Origin: Phycisphaerae bacterium
Lineage (GTDB): Bacteria > Planctomycetota > Phycisphaerae > UBA1845 > JAFGLZ01
Length of the DNA: 64,000 nt
Assembly: GCA_016927755.1 (NCBI GenBank)
Contig: JAFGLZ010000262.1
Span: forward strand, 3,383-67,382
Direction: 5' to 3'
Shown here: piece by piece, positions 9,188 to 18,794 of the stretch
How the letters are laid out: each line of letters starts with the position of its first letter
Numbering within the stretch: the stretch's first letter is position 1
Position numbers and translations under genes: made by a program
Notes under the pieces: model-generated
Database searches by the model: none
What the model was told of the DNA's origin: nothing
What the model saw: only the letters and a program-made list of their open reading frames with translations

Positions 9188-12100
9188 TCAGGATCGGCCC
9201 GCGGAGTCGGGCGAGTCGACCACTTGCCCGCACAGGGTCAGGAGGGCATCCAGGGAGGCCCGGAGCGACGTCATTTCTTGGGACGCGTCGAGCAGGTCCT
9301 GGACGCCGGCGGCCAGCTTGCTGACGCGGGGGAAGCCGTACCCTCCGGCGGCGCCTTTGAGCTGATGAACCAGGGTCCGAAGCGTGTCGACGTCGGCTTG
9401 CTCGAAGGCGTGGCGCATTTGGTCGACCTGTTGCGGCAACCGGCCCACGAACATGCGGACGAGCTCCTTCATCCCAGGATCGTCATCCAGGTCCGACGAA
9501 ATCGCGGTGGAGTGGGAATCCGTCGCGGCCCCGCCCGCGGTGATCTCGGGCAGATCGTCGTGGCGGAGATATCGGGCGACGAGGGCAATCAGCTTGGTCT
9601 TGTCGACGGGCTTGGCGAGGAAGTCGTCGCATCCACAGGCGAGGCATCTGCCTCTATCGACGGTCATGGCGTGGGCGGTCAGGGCGACGACCGGTCCGGT
9701 GTAGCCTCGCTTTCTGAGTTCGGAGGTGGCGGCGTAGCCGTCCAAGACCGGCATCTCCATATCCATGAGGATGAGGTCATACGATCGGCCTGGAGCGTTC
9801 GGGGAGATGGCCCTTTCCACGGCGGCGCGACCATCGCCGACGACGTCGAGCTCGGCGCCGGCTTTTGTCAGCAGCAGGGAGACGAGGCGCTGGTTGTCGA
9901 GGCCGTCCTCGGCCAGGAGTATCCGACCGACGAGGCGCGTCGACGGCGGCAGGACGGGCTCGTGGCGATCCCCCTCCGAGGTCTCGCTCTCGATGGTCGC
10001 ATCGATCATGTGAGCTTGCGTCAGGGGTCCGGTGTCGACGGTGGCCGTGAAGACGCTCCCCGCTCCGAACGTGCTCTCGGCGGTCACGTCGCCGCCCAGC
10101 ATCCTGGCGAGGCGTTTCGTGATCGCCAATCCGAGACCGGTACCGCCGAAGCGTCGCGTGGTCGAGGCGTCGGCCTGCGTGAAGGGGGAGAAGAGTCTGG
10201 ACTGGTGTTCGGCGGTGAGTCCGACGCCCGTATCGATCACGTCGAACCGGAGGAGGCCCGAATCGTCGCCGGGTATTCTCTGGAGGCTCGTCCGGAGTCG
10301 CACGCTTCCGGAGTCGGTGAACTTGACGGCATTGCTGAGGAGGTTGAGGAGGATCTGTCGGATTCGCGTCGGATCGCTGTGGATTTGCTCGGGGATAGGT
10401 CCATCGAAGTCGACGTGGAATTCCAGGTCTTTCTCGACGGCCCTGGCCCGGGTCGACGAGATGACGTCGGCGATGATTCGAACGGGCGAGCACTTGATCC
10501 GTTCGACGTCCATCTTTCCCGCCTCGATCTTGGACAGGTCCAGGATATCGTTGATGATGGCCAGGAGATGCGCGCTATTCCTGCGGATTGTCTGGATGGC
10601 CTCGGTTTGCTCCTGGGGCGACTGCTCGGGATCCAGCAGGAGTTCGGTGTAGCCCATGATCGCGGTCATGGGCGTCCGTATCTCATGGCTCATGTTGGCC
10701 AGGAATTCGCTTTTGGCCTGATTGGCCGCCTGGGCCCGGCGTTCCGCTCCCGCGAGGGCACGGTTGACGTCCTGGAGCGCTTGCTGTTGGGAGAGGAGCT
10801 GCAGGCTCCGGGTCTCGAGTTCTTGTTTGTGCACTTCCAGGGCGACGTTCTTGGTTTTGAGCAGTTCCGTATGCTCGCGGACTTCCTGCTCGGCTCGCTT
10901 CTTGTCGCTGATATCGGTGACGAACCCTTCGAGACAGAGGAGGTCGCCGTCGGCGGAGAAGACCCCCTGGCCCTGTTCCCAGACCCATTTTTCTTGTCCG
11001 GCCGCGGTATGAATCCGGTAGCTGTGCTCGAACGGCCGCTTCCCGGCCAGCGCCGCCTGGACGGCGTCCCAGACGCCCATTTGATCGTCGGGGTGGATGA
11101 GCGTGGCGTAGCTGATCCTTCGATTGCCGACGAGATCGATCGGGGAGTATCCGGTCAGAGCCGTGCACCCCTGGCTGACGAACGCCATGGTCCAGTCGGC
11201 ATCGTTCCGGCACCGATAGGCCATACCTGGGAGGTTACTCATCAGGGTAGACAGGACCCGCTGGCTTTCGCGGAGGGCCGCCTCGCGGCGCGCGAGCCCT
11301 TCCATCATGCGATTGAACTCGCGTGCCAGCATGCCCAGTTCGTCGGAGCGGTCGACGGCCAGTCTCGCGCTTAAGTCCTGGCCTCGTCCGATGGCGGCGA
11401 CGCGCGCTGTGAGCCGGGCAATGGGGCGAGTCACGGCCAGGTGGATCAAGACGAACATGACGAGCAGGACGATCACGGCGGCGGCGGCCATCGAGAGATG
11501 GACGACGCGCATGGCGTTCCTGCCACGTTTGGTGACGTCTCTGGGGATTTCGGCCCGCAGGAGGCATGCCGGCTTTCCGAAGATGTCGGTCAGGCGGGCG
11601 TAGCCTCGCAGTTGATTCTCGTCGATGGGTCTGATGATGGACGAGGCTTGCAGCGACATTTGATCGAAGACGAGTCGTTCGGCGTCCGGGATGGGAGTGC
11701 CGCCGACGGGCCAGAGCTGAAATGACACGCGAGTCTGCTTGACCAGCCTCTCGATGATGCCTGGCCCGAGGAACCGCCCCATGAGCAGTGTTCCCCGGAT
11801 CGGGCCCTTCTTGGCGGTCGTCAGTATCGGGCGGGAGGCGATCATCAAGGGTCCCCGAGACGTCATGAGGATTCCGCCAAAGCGGCTGGTCAGGTCGTCG
11901 AGCTTCAGAGCCGGATGGGTGACGGGCCAGCGATCGGTCGGAAGCTCCGCGAGCCGGATCGGCGAGGGCGCGTCGGGGACGTGCACCTGGCCCCAGACGA
12001 CGTTGCCCTTCGTGTCGAAGTAGTAGATCGCGTTGAGCTTCGATGTGATGAACGCCTCGTGCATGAGGCTGGTCTGGATGAACTGCTCGTTTCGATCCGC

Positions 12101-12331
12101 GACGAAGTGGTACGAGTCGTCCCAGTGCGCCCAGTCGCAGCACATGGTGTCCACGTCGGTCACTTGCTCGAGAACGGCCTCGACGCATCGATCGAGATCC
12201 TTGCGTGCCTCGGCGCGCTCGAGGTCGACGAAGCTCGGGAAGACGATCCACTGATGGACGACATGGTCCAAGCCCGCGTATAGGGCCACGACGACCGCGA
12301 TGAGGCCCAGGATTTTGCCTCTCAACGTCAT
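9188..12331 (-). CDS. Hybrid sensor histidine kinase: CHASE4-HAMP-PAS-HisKA-HATPase-REC-HPt
   Basis: Start at MTLRGKIL (ATGA overlap with upstream stop). Motifs: DWAHWDDSY (CHASE4), SDELG.LAR.FN (HAMP), FLANMSHEIRTPM, GGTGLGL, LMDMEMP, HQLKGAAGGYG. Confidence 0.93.
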   Translation of the reverse strand: MTLRGKILGLIAVVVALYAGLDHVVHQWIVFPSFVDLERAEARKDLDRCVEAVLEQVTDVDTMCCDWAHWDDSYHFVADRNEQFIQTSLMHEAFITSKLNAIYYFDTKGNVVWGQVHVPDAPSPIRLAELPTDRWPVTHPALKLDDLTSRFGGILMTSRGPLMIASRPILTTAKKGPIRGTLLMGRFLGPGIIERLVKQTRVSFQLWPVGGTPIPDAERLVFDQMSLQASSIIRPIDENQLRGYARLTDIFGKPACLLRAEIPRDVTKRGRNAMRVVHLSMAAAAVIVLLVMFVLIHLAVTRPIARLTARVAAIGRGQDLSARLAVDRSDELGMLAREFNRMMEGLARREAALRESQRVLSTLMSNLPGMAYRCRNDADWTMAFVSQGCTALTGYSPIDLVGNRRISYATLIHPDDQMGVWDAVQAALAGKRPFEHSYRIHTAAGQEKWVWEQGQGVFSADGDLLCLEGFVTDISDKKRAEQEVREHTELLKTKNVALEVHKQELETRSLQLLSQQQALQDVNRALAGAERRAQAANQAKSEFLANMSHEIRTPMTAIMGYTELLLDPEQSPQEQTEAIQTIRRNSAHLLAIINDILDLSKIEAGKMDVERIKCSPVRIIADVISSTRARAVEKDLEFHVDFDGPIPEQIHSDPTRIRQILLNLLSNAVKFTDSGSVRLRTSLQRIPGDDSGLLRFDVIDTGVGLTAEHQSRLFSPFTQADASTTRRFGGTGLGLAITKRLARMLGGDVTAESTFGAGSVFTATVDTGPLTQAHMIDATIESETSEGDRHEPVLPPSTRLVGRILLAEDGLDNQRLVSLLLTKAGAELDVVGDGRAAVERAISPNAPGRSYDLILMDMEMPVLDGYAATSELRKRGYTGPVVALTAHAMTVDRGRCLACGCDDFLAKPVDKTKLIALVARYLRHDDLPEITAGGAATDSHSTAISSDLDDDPGMKELVRMFVGRLPQQVDQMRHAFEQADVDTLRTLVHQLKGAAGGYGFPRVSKLAAGVQDLLDASQEMTSLRASLDALLTLCGQVVDSPDSAGRS

Positions 12332-15300
12332 ACTAGCGTGCCCTTGTTCTCTCTCGCGTCGGGCGCCGGCGGTTGGTCGGTCGATCGGCGCTCCAGTTCG
12401 CTCTCGGTCGACGGCATCGCGCGCCGGCACAGGTCAATAAGATTCTCGATGGACTGACGTGCCGCTTCCAGGTCGTTCCGCGTCCCGAGTCGCGCTTCGG
12501 CGGCAGCGGCCACTTCGGTGATTCCGGGGAACCCATACCCGCCCGCGGCCCCCTTGAGTTGGTGGATGAGATGCCGGACTCTCTCAATCCGCGAGTCACG
12601 AAGGGATTCCTGGATGGCTTGGACGCGGTCCGGGAGCGTTCTCAGGAAGGCCACCACGAGTTCTCGCATGTCGGCGTCGTCGTCGCAGCCCCCGAGGATA
12701 TCGGAGACGAGGCGCGCGGGCCGAGGCGCGTTCGGCGGCGCCGGACTGATTGGAGCCTGGCTCGGGGTCTCGGGCAGGCGGGCTTCGTCGGACGTTCTTC
12801 TTCTCGTGTAGGTGGAGGCGAGCTCGATGAGGTCCGCGCGATCGATGGGCTTGGTCACGAAGTCGTCGCACCCGATCTCGAGGCAGCGTTTTCTATCTCC
12901 AGGCATGGCGTGGGCGGTCAGTGCGACGATCGGTCCGTGGTACCCTTCTGAACGAAGCATGCTCGTGGCGGTATATCCGTCCATCTCGGGCATCTGCATA
13001 TCCATCAGGATCAGATCGAAGGGGGCACCCGCACTCAGGGCGGCGCGGGCCTTGTCGACGGCAATCGCTCCGTTCTCGGCGACGACGACCTCCGCCCCGG
13101 CCCTAGTGAGCATGAAGGCGATCAACCTCTGGTTGTCCAGACCGTCCTCGGCGAGGAGGATTCTGCCGTCGAGTCCGGCGTTATGGGAGGGAGTCGGACT
13201 GGGCGATTCAGAGGCTTCGGACTGGACGGCCTCGCGTGGGTCCATGAGCCGCGTATCGTTCAGGGGGCCGGCCTCGAGAGTCAGGACGAACCGGCTGCCC
13301 ACTTCCCGCGTGCTGTCGACTTCGATCCGGCCGCCGAGGTGTTCGGCCAAGTGCCTTGATATCGCCAGGCCGAGCCCCGTGCCGCCGAAGCGGCGCGTCG
13401 TCGAGCTGTCGGCCTGCGTGAAGGGCGTGAACAAGCGCTGGAGCTGTTGCGGGCTCATTCCGACACCGGTGTCGATCACCTCGAATCTCAGGCGGGATGG
13501 CTTTTGGCCGTCAGGAGGCTCGAATCCGACCTTGAGACGCACACGGCCGCGCTCGGTGAATTTGACGGCGTTTCCCACGAGGTTGATGAGGATCTGGCGC
13601 AGCCGGGTGGGATCGGTGACGATGGTCTCCGGGACGGGTCCGTCGTAGGTCACGTCGAACTCCAGACCCTTGTCGACCGCCCGCCCGCGTACCAACGAAT
13701 CGACCTCGGATACGAGCGGAACGAGCGAACACTCGATTCGCTCGACGGTCATCCTGCCTGCCTCGATCTTGGACAGATCCAGGATATCGTTGATGATGGC
13801 CAGCAGGTGCTGACCGTTCCTGCGGATGGTCTCGATACAGCCAAGCTGGTCTTCGGCGGACTGCTTGGGATCGAACATCAGCTCGGTGAACCCGAGAATG
13901 GCGGTCATCGGCGTGCGGATCTCGTGACTCATGTTGGCCAGGAACTCGCTTTTCGAGATATTGGCCGCTTCAGCGGCGACGGCCATTTCGCTGGCATGCG
14001 TGACGGCCTCCTCGAGCCGTTGGTTCGTGCGTTCGAGCTCCCGATTGGCCTCGACGGCTTGCGTCCGCGCCCGCTCCAGGTCGTCGAGCATGTTGAGCGT
14101 CGCGGCGCGAGCCGCCTCGAGCTCCTCGGCCCGTTGGGTCAGCTCTCGGCTGGCCTGCTCGGCCTTGCGGCGGGCCTGGACGAGCTCAGTCACGTCCAGG
14201 ACGTTCAGCAGGGCTCCTTCATACTGTCCGTCGCGGCAGATGGGTTGGACGCGAAGGATGACCTCGGCCGCACCGATCCGCCGCTGCATGATCAGGGGTT
14301 TGGCGTCCGGCTCCTCCCGGAATCTTCTCAGGACTCCCTGCAGCTTCCGCAGGATGGGCCCCTGATGAAGGTCGAACACGGTGCGATGGAGGACTTGAGC
14401 GCGAGACACGCCGACCAGACGGCAGAAGTACTCGTTGACCTCGACGATGCGCCCGTCGGCGTCGGCGAAGACGACTCCCTCTTCCATTCCGGAGATCATA
14501 GCGGAGAGCTTGGCGTTCTCTCGACGGACGGCGATCTCCATTTGCTTGCGTTCGGAGATGTCGGTAGCGATCCCACAGACGGCACAGGGCGCGCCGTGGG
14601 CATCGTAGAGGGGAAACTTGACGGACAGGTACGTGTGTATGCCGTCGGCCTGTGGAAGGAATTCCTCCAACTCCAGGGCGCGTCCGGCCTGCAACACGCG
14701 CTGGTCATTGGCGTGTATGACGTCGGCGACCTCGCGTGGGAAGACGTCGTGCGCGGTCCGCCCGACGATCTGCCGGTTGGTGAATCCGCAGAGTTCCTCG
14801 TAGCGTCGATTCGCCAGCACATAGCGACCGTCGACATCCTTGAGGCTGACCGCGGCCGGCGAGTTATCTAGGATGGCCTGGAGTCGCGTCTCGCTTTCTT
14901 GGAGCGCTTTCTCCGCCTGCTTGCGTTCGGTGATGTCGAGGACGACTCCGACGAGCCCGGCGATCCGTCCGTCCGGTTGAGAGAAAGTGGCCTTGTGGAT
15001 GATGACGGCGCGCTCCTGGCCGTTCTTGTGGCTTAGCGTCCCTTCGTAGACGTGGATTCCGCGTTGCAGGAACAATGCCTCGTCGGCCTCCTTGTACCGG
15101 TCCGCAAGGTCTTGGGAGAAGACCTCGAAGGCCGACTTTCCGACCAGTTCTTCCCGTGACCAGCCGGAAAAGGCCTCAAAGGCCTTGTTGAGGCCCAGGT
15201 AGACGCCGGCCGTGTCCTTGAAGAACAGGGGCGCGGGGATCGTATCCATCAGGTCCTGGAGGAATCCGAGCTCTTGCCCATGCGCGTGCTCCGATCGGCG

Positions 15301-16074
15301 ATTCCGGACCTCGAGGGCGACGATGCAAGCGAACACGTCGAGGATGCCGAGGTCGGCGGGGGAGAACGCCTGCTCGCCACGGCGGAAGGCATAGAGGAGG
15401 CCCCACGTGTTCCTTCCCGGCTTGACGGGGGCCACAAGGCCATGGAGCGATTCGTCCGGTTCCCGCCGGTGGCTCGAGGAGCGGAGGGACTGGATGCGTC
15501 GAATTCGGTCGTCGAGGGCCTCGGGGCGACGAATCGCCGTGATCAGTTCGGCCGAGAGCTCCGTTGCGATCCGGCGGCCGCGTCGTTCGAGCGTCTCCGA
15601 CCCGGGACTCGAGAAGGCGTGGATGCTCATTTGATCGGACCCGTCGTCCGGCACGATGATGAAGGCCACGTCGGCGGAGAGCGCCTCGCGCATCCTTGCG
15701 GAGATCAGGTCGAACGGCTGGTCCGAGTCGTCGTCATCAAGCAACGTTGCGATGCTGTTACGGATCGCGTCGAGATCGGTCGGCTCAAGGGCACGTCGAT
15801 TGGGATGCGTCTTGGGGTCTGGCGGGGCGTTCTTGTCTGGCTGACGGCTTCTCGCCGCCCCGCGGTAGCCGACATAGGCTCCCAGGCCCAGCAGCAGGAT
15901 GATGCCGAGACCCGCTTGAAGGAGGTTCGCTGTCTCGCTCGAGACGGAGACAGTGATCGGTCCGGCATCAGCGCGTGGATCGCCGGCCGCTCTGCCGATT
16001 CGACTCGCTCCCGAGAGGAGCAAGGCCGCGGCGATGGCGTACAGAAGGCGCGCGTTGGACCGGGCGCTATGCAT
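12328..16074 (-). CDS. Hybrid sensor histidine kinase: TM-GAF-3xPAS-HisKA-HATPase-REC-HPt
   Basis: PAS ends DITERKQ and DISERKQ. Motifs: FLANMSHEIRTPM, NLVGNAVKFT, GGTGLGL, LMDMQMP, HQLKGAAGGYG. Confidence 0.93.
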   Translation of the reverse strand: MHSARSNARLLYAIAAALLLSGASRIGRAAGDPRADAGPITVSVSSETANLLQAGLGIILLLGLGAYVGYRGAARSRQPDKNAPPDPKTHPNRRALEPTDLDAIRNSIATLLDDDDSDQPFDLISARMREALSADVAFIIVPDDGSDQMSIHAFSSPGSETLERRGRRIATELSAELITAIRRPEALDDRIRRIQSLRSSSHRREPDESLHGLVAPVKPGRNTWGLLYAFRRGEQAFSPADLGILDVFACIVALEVRNRRSEHAHGQELGFLQDLMDTIPAPLFFKDTAGVYLGLNKAFEAFSGWSREELVGKSAFEVFSQDLADRYKEADEALFLQRGIHVYEGTLSHKNGQERAVIIHKATFSQPDGRIAGLVGVVLDITERKQAEKALQESETRLQAILDNSPAAVSLKDVDGRYVLANRRYEELCGFTNRQIVGRTAHDVFPREVADVIHANDQRVLQAGRALELEEFLPQADGIHTYLSVKFPLYDAHGAPCAVCGIATDISERKQMEIAVRRENAKLSAMISGMEEGVVFADADGRIVEVNEYFCRLVGVSRAQVLHRTVFDLHQGPILRKLQGVLRRFREEPDAKPLIMQRRIGAAEVILRVQPICRDGQYEGALLNVLDVTELVQARRKAEQASRELTQRAEELEAARAATLNMLDDLERARTQAVEANRELERTNQRLEEAVTHASEMAVAAEAANISKSEFLANMSHEIRTPMTAILGFTELMFDPKQSAEDQLGCIETIRRNGQHLLAIINDILDLSKIEAGRMTVERIECSLVPLVSEVDSLVRGRAVDKGLEFDVTYDGPVPETIVTDPTRLRQILINLVGNAVKFTERGRVRLKVGFEPPDGQKPSRLRFEVIDTGVGMSPQQLQRLFTPFTQADSSTTRRFGGTGLGLAISRHLAEHLGGRIEVDSTREVGSRFVLTLEAGPLNDTRLMDPREAVQSEASESPSPTPSHNAGLDGRILLAEDGLDNQRLIAFMLTRAGAEVVVAENGAIAVDKARAALSAGAPFDLILMDMQMPEMDGYTATSMLRSEGYHGPIVALTAHAMPGDRKRCLEIGCDDFVTKPIDRADLIELASTYTRRRTSDEARLPETPSQAPISPAPPNAPRPARLVSDILGGCDDDADMRELVVAFLRTLPDRVQAIQESLRDSRIERVRHLIHQLKGAAGGYGFPGITEVAAAAEARLGTRNDLEAARQSIENLIDLCRRAMPSTESELERRSTDQPPAPDARENKGTLV

Positions 16075-17482
16075 TCTGGCCCTCCGAAGAGGCGCTGCCC
16101 GCGAAGCTCACGTCATACGGGGGCGGCACGCCGGCCTTGTGTGCCATCTCGTTGACCTCGCGCTTGAGTTCGATCATGCGTTGTTCTCGTCCGACGGCCA
16201 TGCGATTGAATCGCCCCAGGTCCTCGATGCTTTTCTTTATCCGCTCTTCGGAGAGTTTCTGCGCGGTCATGTCGAACAGAATACCCCTCAGGCCGGCGGG
16301 GTTACCGTCCAGGAGGATGCGCGTGCAGTGGGCGATCGCCGGGAGTCGCGTCCCGTCCTTTCGTTGGACGACGTACTCGGTCGTCTCCGGTTCCTTTCCT
16401 TCCAGCATCAATCCGACGTTTCTGACGGCTTGTTCATGGTAGTCCGGCGGCATGACGTCCAAGAGGTGGATGCCCGCTTCGAGATCCTCTTGCGTGTAGC
16501 GAAAGACCTCGAAGGCGTTCCGGTTGACCAGCGTGATCTTTCCGGAAACGTCCGTCTCGAAGACGGTCTGCGGCAGCATCTCGATGAATTCCCGGAAACG
16601 TTCCTCGCTCTTCTTGAGGGCGAGTTCGGCTTCCTTCCGTCGTTCGGTCAACTCGAGGTTATTAAGGGCGAAGGCGATGTCGTCGGCCATCTCCTGGAAC
16701 ATTCCGCGTTCGTCGTCGTCGGTCTTGAATTCGGACGGTGCGGAAGCGCTGAGGACACCGAAGACGCGGCCGCGGTATTCCAGACGGACGCTCATCACGC
16801 GTCGCCGATGGTCCTCCGGCAGGAGCTCGCAGGCGCGGCAGGTCTGTTTCGGCTCGCCGACGACGATGACGTTCGCTTTCTCGATGGCCTTTCGGGCACA
16901 GTCCGGCAACGGGCCGGTCGCAATGCGTTCCCGGAATGGTTCGGGCCATTCGTTGTCGCCCGCCGCGCTGGTTGCAAGGAACCTGCCGTCGTCATCCAGC
17001 AGCGCGATCCAGGCGTGCAGGAATCCCCGGGTCTCCACGAGATTCGCGCAGATGGCCCTGACCAGCGCGTTGCGATCTCGCACCTTGGCCGTCAACTGGC
17101 TGACGGTGCGTACCGCGCGGAGGACGGCGTTGAGATGCGCGATTCGCTTGTCGGCCTGGGCGCGTCGGAGGAGGTGCCGATTCGTTCCTCGCCAGGTGAG
17201 CCCGATGCCGACGAGGCCGAGAAGCCACAGCGAGCCGTGGGCCAGGCACAGCGCGAGTATCTCATTTCGATCGGCGCGTTCGACGGAGTCCATCGGCGCG
17301 GGGGCGCCCCGTCTTCCGGCTACCGGCTCGGGGGGCAGTTCCGCGATGCGCCGATGTTGCAGGTGAAGGTTCCACGCCACCGAGGCCGCGATGGCGATCG
17401 TCCAGAGGCCCGTCGCCGCGAGACTCGCTCGCCGCGAGCGGGATGTGTTGCTTCGATGTTCGTCGGCAGCAGCCATGATCAT
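16067..17482 (-). CDS. Membrane GAF-PAS sensor protein without kinase or output domain
   Basis: Two TM helices, GAF (LNAVLRAVR..ADDIAFAL), PAS (LPQTVFETD..GLRGILFD) and a C-terminal GREQRMIELKREVNE..PPY coil. Overlaps the downstream kinase start. Confidence 0.8.
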   Translation of the reverse strand: MIMAAADEHRSNTSRSRRASLAATGLWTIAIAASVAWNLHLQHRRIAELPPEPVAGRRGAPAPMDSVERADRNEILALCLAHGSLWLLGLVGIGLTWRGTNRHLLRRAQADKRIAHLNAVLRAVRTVSQLTAKVRDRNALVRAICANLVETRGFLHAWIALLDDDGRFLATSAAGDNEWPEPFRERIATGPLPDCARKAIEKANVIVVGEPKQTCRACELLPEDHRRRVMSVRLEYRGRVFGVLSASAPSEFKTDDDERGMFQEMADDIAFALNNLELTERRKEAELALKKSEERFREFIEMLPQTVFETDVSGKITLVNRNAFEVFRYTQEDLEAGIHLLDVMPPDYHEQAVRNVGLMLEGKEPETTEYVVQRKDGTRLPAIAHCTRILLDGNPAGLRGILFDMTAQKLSEERIKKSIEDLGRFNRMAVGREQRMIELKREVNEMAHKAGVPPPYDVSFAGSASSEGQNA

Positions 17483-17989
17483 CTGTCCCTGGGGCCGACG
17501 GGCTCAATGGCTCGCCGTTGGGAACGTTCCTGTGTCTCTCGGAGCGCCAGCTTCCGCGCTAGACGTTGACAGCGCGGGCAGGCGTCTCGGTCAGGCGCAC
17601 CGCTACGCGATCGCGCAGCGCGTCCGGCCCGCGGGGACACGCGTCGCGGATGCGGGACCGAGGTCCAGCCCGGGGGGGGTATCCGGCGGCTCGGCGCACG
17701 GAATGTCCCCGAATCAGGTCGGCTCGGCGGACCTCGGTCTTGACTAAGCCCATAGTGGCTAAAGCTCTTACCGAGGGGCCGTTGCTTCGTCAGGACGGCT
17801 CCGAAGGGGGAACCCCCTGAGCGCGTGACTGAAGGGGTATCGACAGCGATTCCGGAGTTGGGGGTTGAGACGGTCGGGACGACGAGGAGCCGTTGGAACT
17901 GCCGTGTCTCGACCGATAAGCCCACGTTGCCGATTGCCCGATAACTCCGAGGTGTGTTGTTGAAGTCGATGATTCGGGGGCGAATGAGA

Positions 17990-18074
17990 AGGGTGCGCCC
18001 GACCCAAGAAGCACGGAACTCGCGGGGGTCATACCGCGATTCCGGAGTACGTGATCAAGGGTCGGACGCACCCT
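17990..18074. repeat. REP-like inverted repeat (AGGGTGCG..ACGCACCCT type)
   Basis: AGGGTGCGCCCGACCC (17990-18005) versus GGGTCGGACGCACCCT (18059-18074): 15 of 16 bases complementary. Confidence 0.75.
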
Positions 18075-18110
18075 ATTGTTGGGCGAGGATGTGCCGGCAG
18101 GGCGGCCCGC

Positions 18111-18542
18111 TCAGAGCTCTTCCAAGATTCCCGTGAAGGTGTCGTGATGCTCTTCTTCGTCGGAGAGGATCTTCTTGAAGAGCTGTAGCGTGGTCTCGTC
18201 CTTCTCCTTTCTGGCCAGATCGATGATTTCTCGGTACATCGTGATGGCGGCTTCCTCGTCCTTGGCGTCCTGTTCGAGCATTTCCTTGAGTGACTCGCCC
18301 ACGTAGATCGGGTCTGGCTTGGTCGTCGGCGTTCCGCCGAGATAGGCCAGGCGCTCGGCGATGGCCTCGGCGTGCTTCATCTCCGCGATCGCGATGCTCT
18401 TGAGCTCATCCTTGACGGCAAAGGCCTTGACGCCTTTCCACATGACGTGCTGCCAGATGTACTGGACGCTGACCTGGATCTCCCTGGCGATGGCCTTGTT
18501 CAGCATTTCCATCAGTTTTGGTGATGCTTTCGTGATTGACAT
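18111..18542 (-). CDS. Ferritin-like / bacterioferritin-type di-iron protein
   Basis: Start MSITKAS with CAGGAGG RBS. Motifs: E..QY..Q, EMKHAE..AER..YLGG.P, DEE....Y, EEEH. 143 aa. Confidence 0.88.
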   Translation of the reverse strand: MSITKASPKLMEMLNKAIAREIQVSVQYIWQHVMWKGVKAFAVKDELKSIAIAEMKHAEAIAERLAYLGGTPTTKPDPIYVGESLKEMLEQDAKDEEAAITMYREIIDLARKEKDETTLQLFKKILSDEEEHHDTFTGILEEL

Positions 18543-18794
18543 AGGGCTTGCCTCCTGTTCCTCATGGGAATACCGGCTCGCAAGTTTTCGAATCACGTTC
18601 TCGATTGGCCCGACGGGCTCTCGTCCATGGCGGGCTGGCGAACCGTGTCGCGCGGACAGTCCGCCTGGAAGGCGCTCTTCAGCCTGTTCGGACAGAGCGG
18701 CTTGGATTCTATCCAAGGGTCGGAAGAGATGTCAAGGAGGGCTTTCGGAAGGGTGCATCGAGGAGTCCGTCGGGGAGTTCTCGGCAACCTCGTG

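Noticed and set aside
7769-11374. 1201-aa plus-strand ORF (and similar long overlapping ORFs such as 35616-37940, 34132-36459, 48992-50974, 61672-63492)
   Set aside because: These are alternate-frame or antisense shadows of well-supported genes in high-GC DNA, with no recognisable domains.
17770-17830. Hammerhead (minus-strand CTGACGA) or ZTP riboswitch fragments
   Set aside because: The required partner motifs (GAAA core; CGCCTGGG pseudoknot) are missing or in the wrong order.
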